From Guillardia theta CCMP2712 (Eukaryota > Protista > Cryptophyta), in contig NW_005434668.1 of the NCBI RefSeq assembly GCF_000315625.1, positions 750,533-814,532 of the forward strand: a stretch of DNA of 64,000 nt. Direction: 5' to 3'. The position numbers were made by a program, and so were the translations under genes. Position 1 is the first letter of the stretch; each line of letters starts with the position of its first letter. This document shows, one piece after another, positions 23,122 through 38,141 of the stretch. The notes beneath the pieces were generated by a model. The model had not been told where the DNA came from. It worked only from the letters and a program-made list of their open reading frames with translations, and searched no databases.

Positions 23122-23479
23122 GTCATTGCTTCATTCTTGGTTTCCACAGCTTCAACATTTTGCCTCCTGCTTCACTACTCTTTGAGATTTCAGCGTTTCA
23201 TCCATGGAATGCATTGTCCTATGGCTCCGCTTGTCTCCTCGTCTCCTCGTCGTCTTCCTCCCCTTTGCACTCACTTCACCTCTCCATGCCATCCCAACTG
23301 CCATTGGCCAACCCTCTAGTGGAAACCCGCCATTCTCTGCCCAATTTTCAATGCCCAATTTCTTTCGGGTTATTACTCAACTGGAAGGCAACAGGCTAGG
23401 CAGAAAACAAATTCCTAACAAGTCCGCCTCAGAGGTACATAGTGACAAAAGAAGAGGCAGCAGAATTGAAAGACACTTT

Positions 23480-23850
23480 GACCACACCGCCGCCGTCGGG
23501 CGGCCGGGCGGCATGTTACAGCGGCCTCAGACCACTGGGCCTCAGTGGGCGACAGTTTCACTGTCAGGGTCAAGCCTCCTCGACTCTCCTGATTGTCCTC
23601 GTGCTGATTTTTAACTTAATTTTGAGTAAAGACAGCGGCCGGTCCGGAGCCTCAATGAGTCACTGGGCCGGGTCACCACTGCCGTCGGCCACGGGTCGAG
23701 GAGCCTAAGGAGTCCGAACGGTCCGGCCAGGGGCCGGCCAGGGGCCGGCCGGCCCGGCCGCTGAGTGGGGGCCCCGCCCGCCGGGCGCCCGGCTCATACG
23801 CCGAATCCGACTCGGGGACGGCCGCGGGGCCGCGATACGGTCCGCCGCCG
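23480..23850. other. GC-rich CCGG/GGCC island between divergent genes
   Basis: ggccagggggccggccaggggccggccggcccggccgctgagtgggggccccg...; lies between the GT61 and dynein start codons. Confidence 0.55.
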
Positions 23851-24125
23851 GCGTATTTGATGGGTCTGACATCTTACGTGGTCTCCCCCCCTTCCTTGAA
23901 CGGCAGAGCTAACCGCCGGGCCTATGGCGGCAGGCAGCAGACAGAGGCGAGGCGAGAGGAGGAACATGGGGAGCAGCAGAGGACAAGGCGAGTGCTGAAG
24001 CCACTTGAGCGCTGGGAGATCGCACTGGTGAGGCGCAGCCTAAAAAGGTCACGTGTTAGTGCCGGTTGCCGGGAGCAGACCCTCTGTTGAGATCGGTCAG
24101 TTCGCCTGACCCGCATTCTTCAGAC

Positions 24126-27100
24126 ATGTCCGAAGCAGGTTTGAAGAGGAACAGCACATTCCATGATGCCACAGGTGTGTCATCCTCAAATCCCATTTGC
24201 CGTTTCCTCGCTTGTTGATGTTTGATCGCAGGGTTCGGTGAGAGTATCGACCTTGCCAGAATCTCGACGAAGATAGGAGAGACTGAGAGTATTCGCAAGG
24301 TTGATGAAGACACGCTACTCATCAGCGGAGGCTTGAATTCTTCTCTGTTTGCTTACACAAGGGAGTCAGTCTTTCAGTATGACGAGGACCTGGACGTCGC
24401 CCTGCGGTCTCGGGGACATCCGGGCATGAAGCTGAAGCACAGCAAGTACTCGAGCACGCGCATGGTCAAGACCTCTAGCAAAGAGAATGCAGATGAGAAT
24501 GGAAATGAAGCAAAAAGCCATCTCCCACGAACAGGCGATGAAGCCGTCGAGTTTTTCGGACGAGCAGGAGAAGATTCTGAAACCAAAGTGCTTTTCTTGA
24601 ATCGTGCGCATACAGGACTGAATTTCCGACCCTATGACCTAGTCGTTGTCGACAGATCTGACATTGAGCCGGAATACTTTACAATGTCTTCGTCGGGAGT
24701 GGTTCACATTCAACCAAATCAACCATCGCAATTCACACATCTTGGTCAATGGTGGAGAAGGTCGTCACTATTTAACACACTAAGAAGTATTCCTTTCTTC
24801 AAAAACTTTGTGCTGGCAAAGACACATCAACTGTGGACTCAAAATGTGAGATTCCGCAAGTACTCTCAAATTCGCAAACGACTTGTGAAGAAGCTTTTTC
24901 TTGCTAAGAAGGCGTTTTGTTCTACCTTGATCGAGGTCAATCATCAATGTTTCGAGTTGAGGAGCACGTTGCTGCTTCAGTACTCCACGAAGCATTCGTA
25001 CAATATCAATGAGTACATTGACATTCAAAACAAAGTACGCACAGAAAGTTCGAGGGCATTTGAAAACATTGTCGACAAAGTGCAGGCTCTGCTTGAGAAG
25101 GTCTGCGACGACGTTACTTCTCGCGTCAGAGCTTCCGAAGATGGATTGCCAACAGGGGGCATTGATGAAGCAGCAGCCATCATATCTCAGAAGAGTCAAA
25201 AGAGTAAGTCGATGCAGCAGCTGAAACAAGAGAAGTTGGAGCGTGAAAGAGCCTTGCTGCTTGCACGGCAGGAGGTTGCCATGCTTGCTCAATTCATTCG
25301 ACTAGCAGATTACATGGTGGTCGAAAGCCTGCTCCTCTTGGTGATCCAGCAGGCAGACATGTTCTTTCAAGATCTTGAGGTATGCTGCATTTGTTTTCAA
25401 TTCTCAACGCTCACCTGGTTTCCAGCAACCATCGAAGAAGAACGGTTTGTTCAACATCACTATCAGCATGGAGAGAGACAAGATATGCTTTGAGCCTGAA
25501 GAGAAAGATGTCAGCTCACAACTCTCCAGCATGCTAGATCAGATGGTTTCTTGCGTCCACAATGTTCCGCGCTTGCTTTACATTGCTTCTTTCAAGAGCC
25601 ATTTCGACGACAAGCAGAGAGTTATAGGTCCACACCTGGGAGACATGATACGATCAAGCTCGAATTACAAATTGATTTGCCAACAGATTGAAGATGTCAT
25701 CAAGAAAGACTTCCAGGACGTCAGAGGGTACGCTAAGTTCGCTGAGGCCTACTTTCCCATCTACAATTTCGCGGCGGACTTCGACAAGGAAAACTTTGCA
25801 AACCAGGACCACATTGCAAACTCACGAAATATCAAGAGAGAAATGTTGAAATGGAAACAGTATGGTTATGACCTTGAGAGAATGAAGCTCTCAGCGATAG
25901 TAGGAATATTCGGAGTTGATAGCAAAACCCTAAGAAATAGTCTGATGGACAAAAAGCAAGTGGTTCTAGAAGACATGAAAGATGTATTGCACTCGGCCGC
26001 CAGAGATGGCTGTGCCAACGTATTATCTCAATTTCAACAAAGGATCAAAACACTGGGCAGGAAGCCATCAAACCTGGTGGAATTTGCAAAGTTTGTTGAA
26101 TCCAAGAATGAGATTGCGGATGAAGTCAAGAATTTAATTTCAAAGTCAAACACAGTAGACGACATGTACAAGTTGTTGAGCACTTTCGATGTCAAGATCC
26201 CTTCTGCAGAGCAAGTAAATCTGGATGACTTGCACTCAATTAACACCCAATTTCAAGATGTTCTCGAGAGTGCGGAACAGGATGTTTCTGGACACCTTGG
26301 AAGACATGCTCAAACATTGAATCAAGAAATTCAGAAATTAGAGCAAGACTTGATTGAAATCATGACGGATCTGGCTTCGGGTGATGCCACCAATCCTAAT
26401 GCTGACAGCTCAGCAGTGATTGAAATGCTTGACGCAGTTCAAAAACAGATAGATACCATCCGGGCCAAAGCAGAGACGTACTCTCATTACCAAAAACTGT
26501 TCAATATGTCCACTCATGAGTATACCAACTTGACATCTACAACTGAACTGTTTGAGGAGAAGTACGAATTATGGAACCTCATCCGGGTATGGGAGGACCT
26601 GACATCTGGACCTGGTGGGTGGAGGTCACAAAACTGGAGCGCACTAAGTGCAGAAGAAATGGAAAAGGAAGTACAAAGTGCCTTGAAGAATGCAACAAGA
26701 ATAAGCAAGAAGAGGGAAGACGACGTAGCTCAAAGATTCAAAGAAGATGTCTTGAAATGGAAGCATTACATGTCAACACTAGTCCCGTTGGGTAATCCGG
26801 CTTTGAAAACACGTCATTGGGAAAAGATATTCGAAAAATTGGGCAGGTCATATGACAAAGACATGACTCTGGACAACCTGATACAATGGAACATCTTTAG
26901 CATACGCGAATTCGTTGAGGAGATATCCGGAGTGGCCTCAGGAGAGCTTGCTTTGGAGATCCAGTTGGAGAAGATTGAAAACACGTGGAAGAACCTCAAC
27001 TTTACAGTGCATGGCTATCGAGAGAGCAAAGACATCTTCATACTGGCTGGTCTTGACGACATCTTCACAGCTTTGGAAGACAATCAAGCAGCGCTACAAA

Positions 27101-30100
27101 CCATGCTGGCGTCACGTTTCGTCATGGGAATTCGCGACAAGGTGGAATACTGGGATCGAAAACTCTCTTTACTCTCGGAAACTTTAGATGAATGGCTCGC
27201 TGTCCAACGCAGCTGGATGTACTTGGAGAGCATCTTTGGAGCTCCAGACATTCAAAAACAGCTGCCACAGGAGACTGTACAATTCTTGAGGGTGGATCAG
27301 AACTGGAAGGACATCATGAAGAAGACCAAGAAACGGCCGAATGCTATAGACGCATCAACCGCTCAAGGCATCCTAGAGATGTTCCAAGAGTCGAACAAAG
27401 TTTTGGAGAAGATCCAAAAGAGTTTAGAAGACTATCTTGAGACCAAGAGAATGGGTTTCCCGAGATTTTACTTCTTGTCCAATGATGAACTGCTGGAGAT
27501 TCTATCTCAAACAAGAGATCCTCTGGCAGTACAGCCTCACCTGCGGAAATGCTTCGATGCGATGGCAACTGTTGATTTTGAAGACGGTCAAGCTACTGAC
27601 GATGACAAGCCGATGAAAATCATTGTCGCCATGAATAGTGCTGAAACCGAAAAGGTGAAGTTCAGCAACCCGGTTGCTACGGCGCCGAAAAGCGTTGAGT
27701 TCTGGATGTGCGATCTGGAAGCGATGATGATTCAGAGTTTGTTGGACTGGACGATTGAAGCCAAAGAAGCATACAGCGAGGATGTAAGAGAGAAGTGGTT
27801 TTTCATGTTTCCCGCCGCATCTATCTCAACAGTGGATCAGATCGAATGGACTAGGAGCGCAGAAAATGCCATCAATCTGATCAATGAGGGAGTAAACGAA
27901 AACGCGCTCAATGATTTCCTTCAAGCTTCTGTGGAGCAAATAAGTAGAATGGTTGATGTTATCAGGACGAACCTCACCAACATCCAACGTTCTGTCATGG
28001 CAAACTTGATTGTTCTTGATGTGCATGCGCGAGATGTCACAAAACGTTTGATTCGAGACAAGGTGTCTTCTATCACAGATTTTGCCTGGATTTGTCAGCT
28101 ACGATACTATTGGGACGAGAGTTCAGTGGACGACAAGCATGGCTGTGTTGTGCGGCAAACCAACGCCTGGTTCTACTACGGTTGGGAGTACCTCGGCGTG
28201 GTCCCCAGGTTGGTCATCACTCCTCTCACCGACAAATGCTTCATGACCCTCACCGGCGCTCTCAACCTTCTGCTCGGTGGCGCTCCCGCTGGCCCCGCAG
28301 GCACCGGAAAGACTGAGTCCGTGAAAGACCTCGGAAAGGCGCTGGCAATGCCGGTGGTCGTGTTCAACTGCTCCGATGGCCTCGACTACAAGATGATGGA
28401 GAAGTTCTTCTCGGGACTAGCTCAGGCAGGTGCTTGGGCCTGCTTCGACGAGTTCAACAGGATCGACATCGAAGTGCTGTCTGTCATTGCACAGCAGATC
28501 ATGACCATCCAGAATGCTCTCAAAGAATTCGTGGAACGATTCGAATTCTTCGGGAAGGAAATCAGACTCAACAGAAACTACGGATGCTTCATCACTATGA
28601 ATCCGGTGAGTCAGACAGTCCCTGTGACTTCCTTACTGATCGTCTAAATCGCAGGGATACGCTGGGAGAACAGAGTTACCCGACAATCTGAAAGCTCTCT
28701 TCCGTCCGATGGCGATGATGGTTCCAGATTACGCTTTGATCGCAGAGATCATGTTGTTCTCCGAGGGATTCAGAGACTCTCTCACTCTCGCTCGCAAGCA
28801 AACAGCCATGTACAGGCTGGCATCTGAGCAGCTTTCATCGCAAGATCACTATGACTTTGGCATGAGAGCGGTCAAGTCTGTTCTGGTCATGGCAGGGAAG
28901 TTGAAACGGTCAGATCCAAACATGGTGGAAGACATCACGCTGATAAGAGCTCTGAGAGATAGCAACATCCCCAAGTTCCTTGCTCCTGATATCCCGCTCT
29001 TCAACGCCATTCTACGGGATTTGTTCCCTGGCGTCACTGTGCCTCAAGTCGATTATGGAAATGTACAGACGTATATCGAACGGAAGCTTGTGGAGAGAAA
29101 GTTGCAGATCGTGCCTGCATTTGTGGGAAAGATCATTCAACTGCACGAGACGATGGTGGTGCGGCATGGAGTTATGCTCGTCGGAGTGACGGCTGTCGGC
29201 AAGACGACAGTGTCCACAGTCCTGGGTCATGCCTTCACGCAAATGAAGATGGACGGGGCCGGTGGAGACTTCGAGAAGGTGGATCAGTACACTTTGAATC
29301 CGAAATCCATCACAATGGGAGAGTTGTACGGAGAGTTCAACCTCATGACGCAAGAGTGGACAGATGGGATCATCTCGACCATCGTTCGTGAAGCTTGCAG
29401 CGCCGTAGCCAACGGTGACACAGCCAGGAAATGGATCTGGTGCGATGGGCCCGTGGACGCGATTTGGATTGAGTCCATGAACACGGTACTTGATGACAAC
29501 AAGACTCTCTGTCTGAACAACGGAGAGCGGATCAAGCTTCCCTCAACCATGACGATGGGATTCGAAGTGAACGACCTCGCTGTTGCCTCCCCTGCTACTG
29601 TGAGTAGGTGTGGCATGGTGTATCTCGAGCCGGTGTACCTTCGCTGGCACCCTGCAGCCCAGTCGTGGGCTGAGAATGTGCTGGAAGAGCGCTTCCAAGG
29701 GTATGGGAAGAAAGCGATGGAGCTGTTCGAGGTCGTCGGCGATCCTACCTTGTCCTTCATCAGGAAGGAATGTACCGAGCACCTTGTTTCTGTTGATTTC
29801 AATCTCATGATGAGCTTTCGCAATCTACTTGGCAGCCTCTTGAATGAGTCTTATGGAGTTGACAAAGATAACATCAATGAGAGGTTCGAGAAGTATTTTG
29901 TGTTTTCGTACATCTGGACCTTGGGCGGAAACCTCCATGACAATTCGATTCCAAAGTTCGATGAGTTTGCTAGGCAGATGATCACGAAGATTGTCCCAGA
30001 CTTTCCCACAGACAAGAGCATCTACGATTGGAAGATCGACGAGAGCACAGGAGATTTCGTACCATGGTCATCGCTCATCCCGAAGTTTGAATATGACAAG

Positions 30101-33100
30101 ACGCAACCATTCTTCAACCTGATTGTCCCGACAATTGATTCCACCCGAGTCAAGTTTGTGATGAAAGCTCAGATTCTTGGAGGTCACCATGTTCTTGTGG
30201 GAGGCAACTCAGGAGTTGGCAAGACCATCATAATCCAAGACTTCCTAGACAATGCTGGAGAGGAGTACATCAGTCAAACTAAAGTTTTCAGCGCTCAAAC
30301 GCCTGCTCGAGGCTTACAGGTCTTCTTCGAAGAGAAGCTGGAGAAGATTAGGAAGAACCTGCTTGGCCCTCCCTCTGGAAAGACTTTCTTGTTCTTCATC
30401 GACGACTTGAACATGCCCATGAAAGAGACCTACGGAGCTCAACCGCCAATCGAGCTCATCAGGCAGATCATAAACGTGCAAGACGAAAACAACGGAGGGT
30501 TCTACGACCTGAAGAAGATTGGGCTCTTCAAGAAGGTCCGAAACACGCAATTCCTTGCAGCCAACGCCCCACCAGGAGGGGGGAGGTCCGAGGTGACTCC
30601 TCGACTGATGAGGCACTTCCATCTCATCAACCTGCCGGACTTGTCAAACGAATCGATGAAATCCATCTTCCTGTCCATTATGACCGGCTTCCTGCAAGAT
30701 TTCCCTTCAGAGTATGCCGGCATCGGGGAACCTGTCGTCGAGGGGACCTTGGACGTGTACGTGGAGATACAGAAGGCTTTGCTTCCGACCCCTTCCAAAT
30801 CTCACTACACCTTCAACCTCCGCGATCTCGCGAAAGTGATACAGGGCATTCTCATGGTCGATCCTGCAAACATTGAGAATGTTGATCAGTTTCTCAGGCT
30901 GTGGAGCCATGAATGCTCGAGGGTCTTCAGAGATCGTCTGATCAGTGACGAAGACAAGCATTGGTACGATGAGAAGATACTAGCAGTTATAGAAACTTCC
31001 TTCAAGAAAAACTGGACCAAGGACGAAATCTCTGATGTTTGCTTTGGTGACTTCCTTGCGACTAAACCAGCTCCATACGTCGAGATCAAGGACATGGAGA
31101 AAGCGAATTCCGTACTGAAAGATTTTGCTGAGGATTACACATTGAACTTGAACAAACCGATGGACTTGGTATTCTTCAAAGATGCCATTCAGCACATTGG
31201 CAGGATTGCTAGGTTGCTCCGCCAACCCAGGGGAAATGCCCTTCTTGTTGGAGTCGGTGGCAGCGGACGGCAGAGTCTCACAAAGCTCGCGTCATACATA
31301 GCAGAGATGAAATGCTTTCAGATTGAGTTGTCGAGAGGGTACGGGGTGAATGAGTTCCACGAGGACTTGAAACGTCTGTTGTTCCTGGCTGGCGCGGAGA
31401 ACAAGCCAACTGTGTTTCTGTTCAACGACACGCAGATTATTCGAGAATCATTCCTTGAGGACATCAACAACATTCTCAACGCTGGCGAGGTCCCTGACCT
31501 CTTCGCTGCCGATGAGATGTCCAAGATCGTGGATGCCGTACGTCCTCTAGCCAAGGCTGCCGGCAGGCTAGAGACGAAGGACAACATATACGCTCACTTT
31601 GTGAGCCTCTGCAGAGACAACCTTCACTGTGTGTTGGCGTTCAGCCCTGTGGGCGAGGCGTTTCGAAACCGCCTGAGGATGTTCCCGTCCCTTGTCAACT
31701 GCTGCACCATCGACTGGTTCACGCCCTGGCCTCAGGACGCTCTCCGATCTGTGGCGAATCAGTTCCTGTCCAAGATCGACCTGGGCTCAGAGACGGTTAG
31801 AGACTCGATCAGCAAAGTCTGCATGACGATCCACTCCTCTGTCAGAAAATCAGCTGAAGGGTTCTTGGCAGAGCTGCGCAGACACACGTACACTACCCCC
31901 ACAAGTTATCTGGAACTGATCAACGTCTACACTCAAATGCTCGCCGACGAACGATCCATTGTCAACGGGAAGGCGGATCGATACCAAGGAGGAATGGACA
32001 AACTGATCTCCACCAACAAGATGGTCACAGAGCTCAGGACAGAAATCATTGAGCTGCAGCCTGTCTTAGCTCAGGCAGCAGAAGACACGGCAAAGTTGAT
32101 CGAGGAGGTGACAAAGGACAAGGAGGCAGCAGCAGTGGTGAAGGCAAACGTTGAAGATGAAGCGAAGAAGGTTAACGCAGCTACGGAGGAGGCGCAGGCG
32201 ATCAAGGAGGATGCGCAGAAGGACCTGGATGAGGCGCTGCCGGCGTTCGACTCGGCCCTGAAGGCGCTCAAGTCTCTTAACAAGAACGACATCACTGAGA
32301 TCAAGTCGTTTGCTAAACCACCTGAGATGGTGATGACCACGTTGGAAGCTGTATGCATCCTGAAAGGCGTGAAACCTAACTGGGATGAGTCGAAGAAACT
32401 TTTGAATGATTCCAACTTCCTTTCCAGCCTTGAAACATATGACAAGGACAACATTCCCGAAAAGAGTCTCAAGACCTTGCAGAAATACATCAACAATCCA
32501 GACTTTGTGCCAGACAAAGTCGAGAAGATATCGAAAGCAGCGAAATCGCTGTGCATGTGGGTTCGAGCCATGGATGTCTACGCCAGGGTTGCCAAGAATG
32601 TTGAACCGAAGAAGAAGAAGTTGATGGAGGCTGAAAAGATGGTGGCTGATATGAGCGCGCTGCTCGCTCGGAAAACGCAGGAGTTGAACGATGTCCTGGC
32701 ACGAGTCAAGACGTTGGAAGACAAGCTCGCAGAGACGTTGAAGAAGAAAGACGAGTTGCAGCAGCAGTCAGACATCAGCACGGCAAGGCTCGAAAGAGCT
32801 GAGAAACTCACCGGAGGCCTTGCCAACGAGCAAGTCAGGTGGGCGCAGGAGTTGGATCAGCTGAACCAAGACAAGATCGACTTGACCGGAAACATCCTGA
32901 TAGCCGCTGGAGTCATCGCGTACGCAGGGCCCTTCACCGCCAACTACCGCAAGGATCTGATCTCCAAGTGGACCAAGGTATGCGCTGAGGAGAACCTGCC
33001 CTGCGACCAGCACTTCACCTTGGAGCGGATCGTGGGAGATCCTCCGACCATCAGGAACTGGAACATCCAGGGGCTGCCCGCCGATCCTTTCTCAGTAGAG

Positions 33101-36100
33101 AACGGGATCATCGTGACCAAAGGGAGGCGATGGCCGCTGATGATCGACCCTCAGATGCAGGCCAACCGATGGGTCCGCGCGATGGAGAAGACGAATCGCA
33201 TCCAAGTGATCAAGCTGACAGAACCGACGTTCTTGCGTACTCTAGAGAACTGCATCAGGATAGGAAACCCTGTCCTCCTTGAGAACGTGGAGGAGTCTCT
33301 CGATCCGGCGCTTGAGCCTGTTCTATCCAAGTCCGTCTTCAAGCAAAGCGGTCGGCTGCTCATCCGCCTGGGGGATACCGATGTAGACTACAACCCCGAC
33401 TTTAAGCTCTACATCACATCCAAGTTGCCGAACCCTCACTATCCCCCCGAAGTCTGCGTCAAGGTCACCATTGTCAACTTCACCGTCACCCCCAAGGGCT
33501 TGGAAGATCAGCTGCTGGTCTCTGTGGTGGCGCACGAGCGGCCGGAGCTCGAGGACGAGAAGAATGAGTTGGTGGTGCAGATAGCTAACGGGCAGAAGCA
33601 GCTCAAGGAGATCGAAGACAAGATTCTCTTCATGCTTGCAAATTCGCAAGGAAACATCTTGGACGATCAAGACCTGATCGAGACGCTGGGGGCGAGCAAG
33701 ACAACATCAGCTGAGATCAACGAGCAGCTCAACCAGGCCTCCGAGACCAAGACGAGAATCGATGACGCGTGCGAGGGATACAGGCCGGTAGCGAAGCGAG
33801 GAGCCATCTTGTACTTTGTTGTGGCGAGCATCGCGAATGTCGATCCTATGTATCAGTACTCTCTTCAATTCTTCATCAATCTGTTCAATGGCTGCATGGA
33901 CAAGAGCCCCCGATCGCCTGACATAGCCGAGCGAGTGAACATCATCATCAAGGTTGTGACGGAAGATGTTTACACGAACGTGTGTCGAGGTCTGTTTGAG
34001 AAGGACAAGAAGATGTTCTCCTTCATGATCGCTGTGCAACTGATGCGGTTGGAATCTGAGAGCATCTCGGAGGAAGAGTGGGGCTTCTTCCTTACAAAAG
34101 GAGGGTATGTCGATCCGGCGAAGCTGCCGGCAAATCCATGCGAAGATTGGGTGAAGACAGAAGTGCTGGGAGGCCTCTACAACCTCAACCACCTCAAGAG
34201 CTTCGACTCCTTCCTCGACTCCTTCTTCGCAGACGCCTCGGCATGGCAAGCATGGTTCGACAAGACAGCCCCGCACGAGGAGCCGCTGCCTGGGAAGTGG
34301 GAGGAGGAGCTGACGCAGTTCCAGAAGCTGCTGGTGATTCGAGTGCTGCGAGACGAGAAGCTGGTGGAAGCAGTCACTCTCTTCATCTACAAGAACATCG
34401 GGAAGCACTTCGTTGACGTGCCCGCGTTCGATCTTGCCGCCTCCTTCAACGACTCCTCCCCCCTGACTCCCATCATCTTCGTGCTCTCCACAGGCGCTGA
34501 CCCGACCATGTACCTCTTCAACCTGGCCAAGGAGCTCTCGGTCTTCGAGAGGCTCAAGATGATCTCGCTCGGGCAAGGCCAGGGCCCGATAGCTGAGGCG
34601 CTCATCGCCAGCGCGCGCGAGTCCGGGGACTGGGTCTGCTTGCAGAACTGCCACCTGGCCTCGTCCTGGATGCCGGAGCTGGAGAAGATCCTCGAGTCGC
34701 ACCAGACAATGAAGCTGCACGATGACTTCAGGTTGTGGCTGAGCAGCATGCCCAGCAAGGTCTTCCCCGCTAGCGTTCTGCAAGCTGGGATCAAGCTGAC
34801 CAACGAGCCTCCCAAGGGCCTTCGTGCGAACATGAAGCGAACCTACGAAGACATGTCTGAGGCTGAGTTCCTCTACTTCGACGAGAAGGCTGCTGAGGAT
34901 GACAAGCTGGCACCCAAGATCAGAGCATGGAAGAAGCTCTTGTTTGGCTTGTGCTTCTTTCACGCGTGCGTGCAAGAGCGGAGGAAGTATGGACCCATCG
35001 GGTGGAACATCCGGTACGAGTGGAACCAATCCGACATCCTAACGGCCATGGCGAACCTTCGGATGTACTTGGAGGAGCAGAGCACGGTCCCTTACGAGAC
35101 TCTCCAGTACGTCATCGGCGAGGTGAACTACGGAGGGAGAGTAACAGACTACATGGATCAGAGGTGTGTGGCAGCTATCCTGGAAAGGTACATCAACCCT
35201 GAGACCGTGGAGAACGACGATTACAAGTTCACTGAGGACGGGAGGTATTACTCCCCCGAACCATCTCAGTTCCAGTCTGTTCGTGATTACATCGACAAGC
35301 TGCCGCTCACCGACACCCCTGAGGTCTTCGGCCTCCACATGAACGCAGCCATCGCCTTCGAGAACAGCGAGACCAAGTACCTTATGGACACCATCATATC
35401 TTCTCAGCCGAGGAGCAGCCAAGGCACGGGGGGCGACACTGCTGACGACATTGTTGGGGCGCTTGCCGCGGACTTGCTCAGCAAGCTGCCGAAGCCTCTC
35501 TCCACAGAGAACACCTCCTCCTTGACGTTCATGGCAGACGACGAGGGGACTGTCAACTCTCTCGGGACTTACCTGACCATCGAGATGGGCAAGTTCAACA
35601 AGCTGCTCAAGAAGATGAGCTCCACCCTCTCGGAGCTCAGACGAGCCATCAAGGGGCTGGTGGTCATGTCCTCCGACCTCGACAGCATGTTCCAGGCCTT
35701 CCAGTTCCAGAAGGTCCCCGCCAACTGGAACTCGGTGTCATACCTATCGCAGAAGCCCCTCGGTTCCTGGTTTAAGGATCTCATCGAGAGAGTCGAGTTC
35801 ATGCAGAAGTGGATCGAGCGGGGGCCTCCGGAGAGCTTCTGGATGTCCGCCTTCTTCTTCCCTCAAGGCTTCATGACCGCAGCCCTGCAGATGTACGCGC
35901 GAGACAAGAAGATAGCCATCGACACCCTCGACTTCAAGACAGTAGTGATGAAGACTTCTCCTGAAGAAGTCGTAGCTCGTCCTCCGCACGGCGTCTACAT
36001 CTACGGAGCCTTCATTGAGGGGGCGCGGTGGGACAAAGAGCTCAACTGCATCATGGAGTCGCGCTTCGGGGAGACCCACGTGTACATGCCAGTGATCTGG

Positions 36101-36307
36101 CTGGAGCCAGTGGTGAAGGGGCAGGAGGCGGAAGACTCGGACACCTACAACATCCCCTTCTACAAGGTCTCCTCTCGAGCTGGAACCTTGTCCACCACCG
36201 GCCACTCCACCAACTTCATCCGTTTGCTTCAGCTGCCCTCCGGACATGTCAGCCCGACGCACTGGGTAAGGAGGAGCGTAGCACTGCTCTCACAGCTCGA
36301 CGACTAG
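24126..36307 (+). CDS. DNAH6: Axonemal inner-arm dynein heavy chain, DNAH6-like (~4009 aa)
   Basis: Exons 24126-24174, 24232-25379, 25426-28605 and 28655-36307 join in frame (12030 nt). P-loops GPAGTGKT, GVTAVGKT, GNSGVGKT, GVGGSGRQS. Also CFDEFNR, TMNP|GYAGRTELP, stalk/MTBD and C-terminal GTLSTTGHSTNF. The N-terminal RPYDLVVV...EYFTMS...IPFF resembles the DNAH6 type. Subtype and start codon are less certain than the family call. Confidence 0.93.
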
Positions 36308-36382
36308 AGCCATGGCGAGCATGGAAGCCCCTAGATCTTAGTATGCGAGGTATAATGTACAAGCTAATAACATTTCGCTCTC

Positions 36383-37863
36383 CTAGAAGGCCTCTGAAGG
36401 CCATTCGTCGTCCTCCACTTCCAGATTCACCTTCCTACGGCGATGAAGAATCTTTCTTGCGTTCTTGATGTTGATGTCGAGATCCTTCTCCTTCTCCATC
36501 CTCTCACGCTCCTTGATCGCTTCGTCGATCCTGATTTGCATCAGATCCGCTTTCTTCTGCAACCTCGCCTTGGCAAGTCTCTTCTTTTCATCTTCAACTT
36601 TGTCCATGAACTTGACCTGACGATTAATCTGTCAACAACAAAACATTCAGTTGAAACTTCTTTCTGCGTCCATGAAAGAGAGTCTACCTCCAAGTTGTGC
36701 GCCTTCTCCTCGCTCTTCTTTTCCGAGAGAGATCCCAGATGCTCATTCCTGCCACACGTCATGCACTTCAATGTCGGGGCTCTTTTTCACCTTGCGGGAG
36801 CTTCCAGCTCAGACAGGGCATGATCGATACGACTCCGCAGCATGTTCTTCACCTTCCGAAACCTCATGAACTCTGCTTCTTCCTCCTGATCTTTGCTTGC
36901 CAAATTCTTCACTCTCTTCTCAAAGTCGCGTTCCTTCTGTTGAGACGCCTGGACGGCCTTCTTTTCATCCTCCGAAGCATCTTTTGACGAGTAGATGAAG
37001 CTTCTCATGGCTTTCAGGTCAGCCTTGATCTCCTGCGAAGACATCGCAAAAGCCTTCGAAGAGTTGCTCGCTTGCAGTTTCAGGAAGTCTTCGTACGCCT
37101 TGGACGCGCTCCTCGATTCCTCCTGGTATTTGCGAATGAGGTCATGGTACTGCCCCTGCCTGACCTTCTCGCCATCCTTTGCTGCATCGAGCAGCTTGAT
37201 CGCATCTTGAGCATCTGGTCTCGCACTCGATTCAATCTCTTGTTCTGAGTCCAGCAGGTGATTCAGCAACTTCTCCTCCTTCTCATGGTGCATCTTCAAC
37301 TGCATTTGATGTTGCTTGAATCGTTCGTCCTGCCTCTTCTTGTATGCACTCTCACTCTCATGAAATTTCTGCTCACGTTCAACAGCAGCCTTGGCTGCCT
37401 GTCCAAGAAGCTTGGCTGCATTCCGCGAGTCAAACACTTTTGACCTCGATTCCGCGTCCGACGGTTCGTCGTGCCTGATCTTGGAACTCCGCGCGTGGGC
37501 TGCCTCTTCAAAGTTCTGATGCTCGCGCGCATACAAATCTCGGTATGATGCCACAAGCCGTTCAAAGTCTACTTCTTTGTGTGTGTCAGCTTTGTCAATG
37601 GCATGAAGAATCCGCTTCTCATCAACACTGCGACAACGTCACGTTTCTCCTCATTTCACGCAACTATTTGCCCACCTTGTGAAGACCTCTGGAGTTTTGG
37701 GAGCTTTCGCGTCCTGCATGAGCATGGATTCATCTCGATGTTCTTGGTTAGCTTGCATCACAACGACAACCATCCCGCATATCAGTGCAGACATGGACGC
37801 AACTAGGGCGACAGACCTCCAGGAGCCTGCGGATGGCAAGAGAAAGAGAGTGTCACGTAACAT
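36383..37863 (-). CDS. Hypothetical coiled-coil protein with N-terminal membrane anchor
   Basis: ORF pieces 37863-37651 (VALVASMSALICGMVVVVM), 37554-36787 (E/K/Q/A-rich) and 36607-36383, separated by short introns. Confidence 0.6.
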
Positions 37864-38141
37864 GTTGAACCGCCAATCCCTTCTTGTTCTCCTCCCGCAG
37901 CCTCAAGGAAGCAGCATCGTTCTACTCTCCTCTTGATCTCTCTTCCTACATCTCCTCTTGCTCCTCCCTCCCTCCCTCCCTACTCATACCTGCCGCCGCC
38001 ATGTCGCTCCTATATTGGGGAATCCGTTACGCTCGTTGCGAAAGGAGTGAAACTGAAACGGTTGTAACTGAAGGCATAGTGGTAATGAGGGTGATGATAA
38101 TGCGAAACGAACGCGCGAGAATTCCTAAATGGGTAGATGGA

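Noticed and set aside
33707-35029. 440-aa antisense ORF inside dynein
   Set aside because: Typical stop-poor shadow frame of GC3-rich coding sequence; no recognisable motifs.
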